This document shows positions 56,693 through 64,000 of a stretch of DNA of 64,000 nucleotides, piece after piece. The stretch's first letter is position 1; every line of letters starts with the position of its first letter. Position numbers and translations under genes: made by a program. Source of the DNA: an uncultured Thermomicrobiales bacterium (GTDB lineage Bacteria > Chloroflexota > Chloroflexia > Thermomicrobiales > UBA6265); the NCBI GenBank assembly GCA_964244115.1, contig CAXTHM010000013.1, positions 1,035-65,034 on the forward strand. Direction: 5' to 3'. Under the pieces are notes generated by a model. It had not been told where the DNA came from, ran no database searches, and worked only from the letters and a program-made list of their open reading frames with translations.

Positions 56693-57910
56693 ATGTCGAT
56701 CTCTGGACAGGACTCCGACGGCGCGATCGGCCCCGACGACGGGCTCGACGGTCCGATGGTCGACAACGAGCTGATCGACGACATCGCCTTCCAGCGTGCC
56801 TTCAATGAGCCGCTCGCCCAGACGCTCGACCTGGCGACCTGGCCCCGTGGCGGCGACATGATCGCCCTCTACCATCAACTCGAGCGCGAGATCGTCTCGG
56901 CGGCGCGGGATGAGGAGTCCCACCTCGACGAGATCCGGCGAACCGTCCTGCCGCACCTGAGCCAGCGCCCCAACCGGCCCGAGCAGACCGGTGTCTATCA
57001 CCTGACCCTGGATGATCTCCGCCGGGCGCACCGATCGATCCTGTTCAACGGCGGCGTCGAGGCCGCCCGCGGCACCGTCGCCGCCCACGACACGCTCGCC
57101 CTGACCGTGACCCAGCTCGGCGTCAGCCTCGTCAACTACCAGGGCGACCGCGGGACCTGGGGACACCGCCTGTTCCGGCGTGACCTGCGCTTTTCGGCCG
57201 GGGAGGTCGAGGACCTCGCGCTCCGCGTGATCCGGCAGCGGCAGGCCGGCGCCGCCGAGGACAGCGTCGCCGAGCGCCGGCTGACCCAGCTCGCCAGGCG
57301 GGGAATCCTGATGTACGCCGAGCGGTCCGCCCTGACCGACCAGGCGACGGCCCCCTGGCGCATGGGCTCCGGCACCCCGATCCCGTTCGAACTGGTGACC
57401 GGTGGCGGGAGCATGGAACTGGCGCTGCGGAGCGTCGACCTGCTCGACCGGCTCATCAATGGCCACAGGCGGTTCGTCTTCGTCTCGCCCGACACGCGCG
57501 AGCGCGGACTGATGACGATCGGCCACGCCCTCAAGCCGCTGGAATACGCCATCGTCGACGACGGCCTGCCCCGGCTCCGCTCGCTGGTCGATCGCGCCAA
57601 CTACACCCGGCGCGAACGCGATCGCATCGAGACCTTCATCGCGGAGACCGGCCCGGTCCTGCGTCTTGGGGTCTACCGGGCTTCCGAGATCGGTCCGCCG
57701 CGGCTGTTCTACGGGCATCAGGACCACATCCATGAGGCGGCGCTGGTCGCGATCGCCGATAGTGTCCTGCATGAGCACCGGGCCTTCCCGATGTTGCTGG
57801 ACCTGGCCGAACAGGTCTGCCGCGGGATGTTCCCCGCCAGTGAGCTGGCCGAGACGACCCGACTGGCCTACCTCGATGCCGGAGCGCCCCCGCGCTACGG
57901 GCTCGACTGA
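56693..57910 (+). CDS. Hypothetical protein, NurA-like nuclease candidate (partner of the HerA-like ATPase)
   Basis: 405 aa with GAAGG RBS. The stop lies 11 nt before the HerA-like start. Weak resemblance to NurA blocks (VAAHDTLALT...QLGVSLVNY and C-terminal AFPMLLDLAEQV). The assignment rests mainly on gene context. Confidence 0.4.
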   Translation: MSISGQDSDGAIGPDDGLDGPMVDNELIDDIAFQRAFNEPLAQTLDLATWPRGGDMIALYHQLEREIVSAARDEESHLDEIRRTVLPHLSQRPNRPEQTGVYHLTLDDLRRAHRSILFNGGVEAARGTVAAHDTLALTVTQLGVSLVNYQGDRGTWGHRLFRRDLRFSAGEVEDLALRVIRQRQAGAAEDSVAERRLTQLARRGILMYAERSALTDQATAPWRMGSGTPIPFELVTGGGSMELALRSVDLLDRLINGHRRFVFVSPDTRERGLMTIGHALKPLEYAIVDDGLPRLRSLVDRANYTRRERDRIETFIAETGPVLRLGVYRASEIGPPRLFYGHQDHIHEAALVAIADSVLHEHRAFPMLLDLAEQVCRGMFPASELAETTRLAYLDAGAPPRYGLD

Positions 57911-57921
57911 GGACGAGGACG

Positions 57922-60030
57922 ATGGTGCGTAGCTGGTTCAACTCCCCGAAGGACAAGTCGCAGGCGAAGGACGAAGAGGCGGAAGCGCCCTCGTTCTGGC
58001 CGCCCCTCAAGGCCGACCTGCCCGAGGCGCCCGCGCCCGCGCTCTGGCCCCCGCCGGCCGCACCGGCCGATTCCACCGACGACATCGCGTCCGAAGTCGT
58101 CGCCGGGACCGATCCGGCGCCAGCTGCCACCCCGGTCAAACCCGATCCGGCGGTTGCGTGGTCCGAGCCCGTGTCAGTGTCTCCGGCACCTGCTGTTCCG
58201 TCATTCGCCCCGGAATTGCCGGTGGACGAGTGGAGCAGCACCCCGACCCCCAGCGAGACCGCGGCGCGACTCGAACAGACCGGCCTCTCGAACAGCCTCG
58301 ATCCCTGGATTCCCGACACGGTCAACGGCGTGGTCGGGCACACGATGTACGACCTGCCCAACAGCGAGGACGGGACGATCACCGTCCTGCTGCCCCGCGA
58401 GCACATCGCCGCGACGCCGAGCCAGGCCCTCGTCCGGATCGCCAGCGGCGACCGGCGCACCTACCTCGGCATCGTCGTGGCCGGGCCGTTCGCCGAGCCG
58501 GACGGGCTCCGGGCCGACGCCAACCTGATCGTCACGACCAGCGTCCGCAGCCAGCCGTTCCAGCCCCAGTTCCACGGCCGGATCAAGGTCGAACTGCTCG
58601 GCGAGGAGATCAACCGCGTCATCCAGGCGCCCCGGTTCCGGCCGCTGCCCGGAAGCCCCGTCACCGTCCTCGACGACGAGGAGACGACCCGCGTCCTGCA
58701 GGTCTCGGGCGACCTCCGCCTCGGGCGGGCGGTCGGCCACGACGATGTCCCGGTCGGCCTGCCGTCGCGGAGCAAGAACATCCTGCCCCGGCACCTCGGC
58801 ATCGTCGGCACGACCGGCGGCGGCAAGTCGACCACCGTCGCCGGGCTGCTGGCGGAGGGTCAGCGGGCCGGCCTCGCCATCGTGCTGCTGGATGTCGAGG
58901 GCGAGTACACCCACGTCCATGAGCCGACGAGCGACCCGACGATGGTCCGGCTCCTCGCCCACGATGGCCGTGAGCCGGCTGGCATCCCCGGCACCCACCT
59001 CTATCGCCTGGTCGGGCGAGACACGACCAATGAGGCCCATCCGAACTCCCACGAGTTCAGCCTCCGGTTCAGCGATCTCTCGCCCTACACCGTCGCCGAG
59101 ATCCTCGATCTGAACGAGGTCCAGCAGGAGCGCTACCTGCAGGCGTACGATGTCGCCAAGTCGCTCGCCGCCGAGGGGAGACTCCGCGGCGGCACCCCGA
59201 ACGTCGACATCGCCGAGCTGGACGACTTCGAGCAGGGCTGCCCCGGCGTCACCCTCGCCATCATGCGGAGCCTGATCGGCGCGTTCATCGGCGTGGCGGA
59301 CAAGGGCGAGCCCACGATCACCGAGCCGGCCATCGCGGACCAGTCCGCCACGATCCTGGCCAGGATCCGGGACCGCAAGCCTTCCAGCCCGGTGAGCTGG
59401 AAGGCTGTCCAGAGCCGGCTGGGCCGACTGCAACGCCTCCGGGTCTTCGACACCGCCCGGGGGCAGGCCGTGCCGCTGGACCTCGACACGCTGCTGGCGC
59501 CGGGCCGGGTCAACATCTTCGACCTCTCCGACATCGACGGGACCGACCTGCGCAACATCGTCATCGCGGACCTGCTGCGCGGCCTCCAGACCGCCCAGGA
59601 GCGTCGCTACGCGGCCTACGAGCGCGCTGACAAGGCCGACGGGCCGCCGCGGACCCTGGTCATCATCGAGGAGGCCCACGAGTTCCTGGCCCGGAACCGG
59701 GTCTCGAGCATGCCGGTCCTGTTCGCCCAGGTCGAGCGGATCGCCAAGCGGGGCCGGAAGCGCTGGCTCGGGCTTGCCTTCGTCACGCAGTTGCCGCAGC
59801 ATCTCGCTCCGCAGGTCTCGGCCCTGATCAACAACTGGGTGATCCACAAGGTCGCCGACCCGGCCGCGATCAGCGACCTGCGTCAGTCCGTCAGCGGCGT
59901 CGATGACAGCCTCTGGCAGACCGTCCGTGGCCTCGCGCCCGGTCAGGCCGTGGTCGCCTGCGGCCACATGACCCGCCCCGTCCTGACCGCGATCCACCCG
60001 GCCGCCGCCCAGCTCCGGATGGTGGACTAG
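57922..60030 (+). CDS. HerA/FtsK-like hexameric ATPase (DUF87-type) with a HAS-barrel and a Pro-rich N-terminal extension
   Basis: Walker A GIVGTTGGGKST and Walker B TLVIIEEAHEFL. Barrel-like region VGHTMYDLP...ALVRIAS...YLGIVVAG. The N-terminal approximately 125 aa are P/A-rich. Confidence 0.8.
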   Translation: MVRSWFNSPKDKSQAKDEEAEAPSFWPPLKADLPEAPAPALWPPPAAPADSTDDIASEVVAGTDPAPAATPVKPDPAVAWSEPVSVSPAPAVPSFAPELPVDEWSSTPTPSETAARLEQTGLSNSLDPWIPDTVNGVVGHTMYDLPNSEDGTITVLLPREHIAATPSQALVRIASGDRRTYLGIVVAGPFAEPDGLRADANLIVTTSVRSQPFQPQFHGRIKVELLGEEINRVIQAPRFRPLPGSPVTVLDDEETTRVLQVSGDLRLGRAVGHDDVPVGLPSRSKNILPRHLGIVGTTGGGKSTTVAGLLAEGQRAGLAIVLLDVEGEYTHVHEPTSDPTMVRLLAHDGREPAGIPGTHLYRLVGRDTTNEAHPNSHEFSLRFSDLSPYTVAEILDLNEVQQERYLQAYDVAKSLAAEGRLRGGTPNVDIAELDDFEQGCPGVTLAIMRSLIGAFIGVADKGEPTITEPAIADQSATILARIRDRKPSSPVSWKAVQSRLGRLQRLRVFDTARGQAVPLDLDTLLAPGRVNIFDLSDIDGTDLRNIVIADLLRGLQTAQERRYAAYERADKADGPPRTLVIIEEAHEFLARNRVSSMPVLFAQVERIAKRGRKRWLGLAFVTQLPQHLAPQVSALINNWVIHKVADPAAISDLRQSVSGVDDSLWQTVRGLAPGQAVVACGHMTRPVLTAIHPAAAQLRMVD

Positions 60031-60243
60031 GCGCAGCGAGTTCGAAGCGATCGGGTGGACCGTAGGCGACGGTGCGGCCCTGAGGGGACCGGCTGAACGA
60101 CATCGGTGGCGCTCATGGCTGGCCGTTGGGTGGCGTGACGTCACAACGACAATGGTGTCGCAACGAGGCGCAGAGGTCAGTTTGGTTGAGCCGGTCGCTG
60201 GCGGCAGGCTCCAGGCGAAGTCGTCGAACTGCATGGGCGGGTG

Positions 60244-60353
60244 TTGCTCCCCGCTCCGGGCACCGGTGAGCCGTAGCGCGGCGAGAGCCGCCTGTAGCGG
60301 GTGACCGAACAGGTGAGCCGAAGAGGGGCTAGGGGAGCGGTCTGCTCCGCCAC
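60244..60353 (-). repeat. Intergenic structured repeat, X-type, copy 5 (reverse orientation)
   Basis: TTGCTCCCCGCTCCGGGCACC...GGGGAGCGGTCTGCTCCGCCAC is the reverse complement of blocks at 44700-44820. Confidence 0.6.
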
Positions 60354-60673
60354 AATGCAGCTGCAATCACGACCACTCCCACCGGTTGCCGGTGAGACAG
60401 TCCCGCGAACTCGCGATGGTCATGGGTCGTTCGTCGATACCAGGAGGGACCTCTGGATCGGCAAACGGCATTGCTGCCGTTACCGTCATGCTGTCACCCT
60501 GACTACGTTGTCTACCCCGAATGGAGTCGAGACCGGCCGGCGACCGGTGCGGTCGGTGCCCCGTCACAACGCACATGCCGTCAGCGCGTAGCCAGCAGGG
60601 ACCTTCACCAGCGTCCCCAGTCCCGCGACACGTCCGTACGGCGATCTGATGTCCAGCTCGAGGCCGGGATGGT

Positions 60674-61039
60674 GTGGAGAGAGATGTGAGCTATTCAGGC
60701 GCCGGCGATCCCCTCCTCCAGTCGCTTCCCGAATCGCATTCCCTGGTCCCGCGCCGCTCGACCCGGACCGACGACGATCGCCCTCCCTACTGCCCGACCT
60801 GCCATCGCCGACTCGTGATCCTGACGACGCATGTCGACCGGACCGCCAGCGCGAGCGGTCAGCGAAACCGCTACCAGCTCTGGGGCTGCCCGCGTGGCCA
60901 CGCGACGTCACGACGGGTCATGGGCAGCTTCTCCGCCGTGGAGGTCCTGCCCGACCCCCTGAGCCAGGACGACGACTATCGCCTCGGCAGCTCATCTCAG
61001 CGGGCTTCGAACGGATCGGACGACCGCCAACTGCGCTAG
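60674..61039 (+). CDS. Small zinc-ribbon-like hypothetical protein
   Basis: 121-aa ORF with CPTCH...WGCPRGH and good GC3 bias. The start is uncertain. Confidence 0.4.
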   Translation: MERDVSYSGAGDPLLQSLPESHSLVPRRSTRTDDDRPPYCPTCHRRLVILTTHVDRTASASGQRNRYQLWGCPRGHATSRRVMGSFSAVEVLPDPLSQDDDYRLGSSSQRASNGSDDRQLR

Positions 61040-61128
61040 GATGCCGGCATGTCGTCGCGGACGGGCCGCATCGACTCGAGACGCGGGCCGGGGAACACAG
61101 CGATGACCCGGCCAGGGGAGTCACCTGG

Positions 61129-61938
61129 ATGATCTTCAACACGCCGGACCGGATCAGGGCACTGACGCCGTCGAACCCGTTCGGCCGGATGCCGGACGGT
61201 CGGCCGATGGTTCCGGATGATCTCCTCGAGCGGATGAAGCTCGTGACCAACGACGAGGCCTGGGCGACCATGGAGTCCGGCCACGGCTACAGGTACCAGT
61301 TCTCGGGCGGGTGGTTGAACATGCACCCGGACCGCATCCTGGTCGGGCGCGTCGTCACGGCCCAGTTCGTCCCGATCCGGCCGGACTTCCACGATGTCGT
61401 CGCCGGGATCGGCGAGCGCTAGGGTCGCAGCGGCGGCCAGAACACCTGGGTGATCGACTCGCTCGGCCCCCACGACGTCCTCGTCGTCGACATCTTCGGC
61501 AAGATCCGCGACGGCACGGTGATCGGCGACAACCTCTCGACCGCGATCGCGTCGAAGACGAAGGCCGGCATCGTCATCAACGGCGCCGTCCGGGACTACG
61601 TCCGGATCCGCGAGCTGGAGAACTTCAACGTCTTCCACAAGGGCATGGACCCGACCCCGATCCGGGAGGTGACGCTGGCTGCGGTCAACGTCCCGATCCG
61701 GATCGACGACGTCACCGTCATGCCCGGCGACGTCGTCCTCGGGACACCGGAGGGGATCTCGTTCGTCCCGCCGCACCTTGCCCAGCAGGTCGTCGAGGAA
61801 TCCGAGAACACGCGCCAGCGGGACGTCTTCGGCAAGCTCCGCCTGCATCAGGGCACGTACACGACCGGCGAGATTGACCGGCCAGAGTGGGCCGACCACA
61901 TCGAGGCCGACTATCTGGCCTGGGTGAAGACCAGCTAA
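61129..61938 (+). pseudogene. RraA-like / HMG aldolase-family protein interrupted by one in-frame TAG (61420-61422)
   Basis: ORFs 60649..61422 and 61450..61938 share a frame and read ...DVVAGIGER*GRSGGQNTWVIDSLGPHDVLVVDIFGK...GIVINGAVRD...MPGDVVLG.... ATG at 61129 with GGGGAG upstream. Confidence 0.7.
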
Positions 61939-61969
61939 CGGTCTGGCCCATAGCCACCACGCTGGCGCC

Positions 61970-62103
61970 GAGGCAGGTTCACCCCCGGCCGGGCAGGAAC
62001 CTGCTCACTCACCCGCCCCATGCGGCTCCCCCTGCGTCCCGGCTATCAGGTGGCCGCAGAGGGGAGCCATAACATCTCTTTCGCCTGAGCAACCCGGTGT
62101 CTC
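61970..62103 (+). repeat. Intergenic structured repeat, X-type, copy 6 (degenerate)
   Basis: GAGGCAGGTTCACCCC...CTCACTCACCCGCCCCATGCGGC...CAGGTGGCCGCAGAGGGGAGCC...AACCCGGTGTCTC is collinear with copy 1. Confidence 0.6.
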
Positions 62104-62119
62104 TAGCGCGGCTCATGGA

Positions 62120-62258
62120 GGTCGACGGTGAAACTGCCTCCCCCTCTCCATCCGGGTCCGCCTCCGTCCCCTGCCGGCGACTCCGTCCGGACCCGGATGG
62201 AGAGGGGGCCGGGGATTGGGCTCGCCGCTCGCGAGCGACAAGGACCAGGAGATCCGCT
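62120..62258 (+). repeat. Y-type hairpin repeat module (partner of 36461-36598)
   Basis: The flanks GTCGACGGTG...CTCCCCCTCTCCATCCGG and GCCGCTCGCG...GAGATCCGCTC are co-oriented with the copy at 36461. 19-bp stem, 62139-62157 paired with 62189-62207. Confidence 0.7.
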
Positions 62259-62485
62259 CGAAGCCGCTGGAGAACGTCCCAGACACCGGGGGGTATCCCT
62301 CTGACCGTCCCGTACGCCACGGGTCGGCATCGTCCGGACCGGTTTCCCCGCGCGACCGGTCGGCGAAGCTGCGATCAACCGATCGATCGATGGGAACCAG
62401 CCTGACGACACACCGCGGTCAGCGCGTCTGCGCTGTCGGCTCACCCGGAACAGGGTACGATCGTGGCTGACGGCTGAAGACCATG

Positions 62486-62525
62486 CCCGGTCCGATCCGG
62501 CCCGATCCGGCCCGGCCCGGCCCGG
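62486..62525. repeat. Short tandem repeats (CCGATCCGGC x2, CCCGG x3)
   Basis: cccggTCCGATCCGGCCCGATCCGGCCCGGCCCGGCCCGG, read directly. About 15 nt upstream of the aldehyde dehydrogenase RBS. Confidence 0.6.
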
Positions 62526-62553
62526 ACGATCCTGCGAATAGGAGCGACCTCCC

Positions 62554-64000
62554 GTGACGACGACCGCCATCCCAGCGCCCGGCAACCTGATCAACGGCAC
62601 CTGGCAGCCCGCCGCCTCCGGGCAGACCTTCGAGAACCGCAACCCGGCGGACACCGACGACATCGTCGCCCACCACGCCGCCTCGGACGACTGCGATCTC
62701 GACGCCGCCTTCGGGGCCGCCGCGGCCGCCTTCCCGGCCTGGCGCCGGACGCCCGGCATCGCCCGCGGCAACATCCTCTACAGGGCGGCCGAGCTCCTCG
62801 CCAGCCGGGCCGAGTCCGTCGCCCGCGAGCTGACCCGCGAGGAGGGCAAGACGCTCAAGGAGGCGACCGGCGAGACGCTGCGGGCCGTCGCCATCCTGCG
62901 CTATTTCGCCGGCGAGACCGCCCAGCCCAGCGGCGAGACCTACCCCTCGGCCAACCCGAACACGATGCTCTACACCCTGCGCGAGCCGCTCGGCGTGATC
63001 ACGATCATCACGCCCTGGAACTTCCCGATCGCGATCCCGGCCTGGAAACTCGTCCCGGCACTGGCCTACGGCAACTGCGTCGTGATCAAGCCGGCCAGCG
63101 ACGCGCCGCTCTGCACGATCCGGCTGGCCGAGTGCCTGGTCGAGGCGGGGCTGCCGGCCGGGGTCCTCAACGTCGTCACCGGCAGCGCCAGCGCCCTCGG
63201 CGACCGGCTCGTCACCGACGAGCGGTCGGTCGCGGTCTCCTTCACCGGCTCCGACGCGACCGGCCGCCACATCCAGCAATTGGCGACGACCCACCACAAG
63301 AAGGTCCAGCTCGAGCTCGGCGGCAAGAACCCGGCGATCGTCCTGGCCGACGCCGACCTCGAGCACGCCCTGACCCAGGTCATCAACGGCGCGATGATGA
63401 GCACCGGCCAGAAGTGCACCGCCACCAGCCGGGCGATCGTCGACCGCCACATCGCGGCCGAGTTCACCGAGCGGCTCGCCCAGAAGATCGGCGCTCTGAC
63501 CGTCGGCAACGGGCTCGACGGCGCCACGCAGGTCGGACCGCTGATCAACGCCGCCGCCGCGAAGAGCGTCGCCGACGGGGTGGCGGCGGCCCGGAGCGAG
63601 GGCGCCAAACTGCTGGTCGGCGGGGCCCGGCTGGGTGGCGATGGCCACGCCCGCGGTCATTTCGTCGCCCCGGCTCTATTCAACGAGGTCTCCCCGACCT
63701 CGACCCTCGGACAGGACGAGCTGTTCGGCCCGGTCCTCGGTGTGATCCCGGTCGACGGGATGGACGAGGCGATCAGCGTCGCCAACAACGTCCGCTACGG
63801 CCTCTCGGCGTCACTGTTCACCCGTGACCTGACCCGGGCGCTCCGCTTCGTCCAGGAGATCCAGGCCGGTATCGTCCACGTCAACAGCGAGACGGCCGGC
63901 GCTGAGCCGCAGGTACCGTTCGGCGGCTACAAGGGCAGCAGCTCCTACAGCCGTGAGCAGGGCAAGTCCGCCCGCGAGTTCTTCACCCAGCTCAAGACCG
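62554..64000 (+). CDS. NAD(P)+-dependent aldehyde dehydrogenase (alpha-ketoglutaric/succinic semialdehyde dehydrogenase-like), 3' end outside the window
   Basis: GTG at 62554 with AGGAG upstream. VQLELGGKNP (catalytic Glu), GQKCTATSR (catalytic Cys) and EELFGPV-like DELFGPV. The ORF is open to the window end. Confidence 0.9.
   Translation, partial: MTTTAIPAPGNLINGTWQPAASGQTFENRNPADTDDIVAHHAASDDCDLDAAFGAAAAAFPAWRRTPGIARGNILYRAAELLASRAESVARELTREEGKTLKEATGETLRAVAILRYFAGETAQPSGETYPSANPNTMLYTLREPLGVITIITPWNFPIAIPAWKLVPALAYGNCVVIKPASDAPLCTIRLAECLVEAGLPAGVLNVVTGSASALGDRLVTDERSVAVSFTGSDATGRHIQQLATTHHKKVQLELGGKNPAIVLADADLEHALTQVINGAMMSTGQKCTATSRAIVDRHIAAEFTERLAQKIGALTVGNGLDGATQVGPLINAAAAKSVADGVAAARSEGAKLLVGGARLGGDGHARGHFVAPALFNEVSPTSTLGQDELFGPVLGVIPVDGMDEAISVANNVRYGLSASLFTRDLTRALRFVQEIQAGIVHVNSETAGAEPQVPFGGYKGSSSYSREQGKSAREFFTQLKT

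Noticed and set aside
60367-60576. 69-aa minus-strand ORF between the repeat copy and the zinc-ribbon ORF.
   Set aside because: Mediocre GC3 bias, no RBS and no motif.

Overview
Very GC-rich bacterial chromosomal segment with strong GC3 bias, which produces many long spurious antisense ORFs. I could not assign a taxon. The carotenoid glycoside-ester genes and the Pro/Thr-rich linkers are compatible with a Chloroflexota/Thermomicrobia-like or similar high-GC lineage, but that is inference only. Most of the window is housekeeping:
- ferredoxin-NADP reductase
- a Ser/Thr kinase
- a PhoR/OmpR-type two-component pair
- a heme operon, hemE-hemB-hemC/D fusion
- rplU-rpmA-rpmE
- murJ and acs
- a carotenoid cluster: crtI, cruC/cruF/cruD-like genes, crtB
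- PBP1A
- fabD/fabF
- a partial aldehyde dehydrogenase

By eye I found no rRNA, tRNA or CRISPR.

Four things stand out:
1. At 54712-60030 there is a five-gene cassette: sigma-70-like protein, XRE HTH protein, ImmA/IrrE metalloprotease, NurA-like candidate, HerA-like ATPase. It looks like a protease-switch-controlled nuclease/ATPase module, either DNA-end processing or antiphage defence.
2. A dispersed family of structured intergenic repeats sits at gene 3' ends, with at least six loci. One copy has MITE-like terminal inverted repeats. One hairpin module has its 32-nt core in opposite orientation in two copies while the flanks stay co-oriented.
3. A small secreted CxxC peptide gene has a near-consensus promoter and a long structured leader, and lies directly upstream of a multi-TM HD-GYP phosphodiesterase.
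4. Two genes, an EamA transporter and an RraA-like protein, each carry a single in-frame stop.

All functional calls come from motif recognition in the supplied translations. No database search was run.
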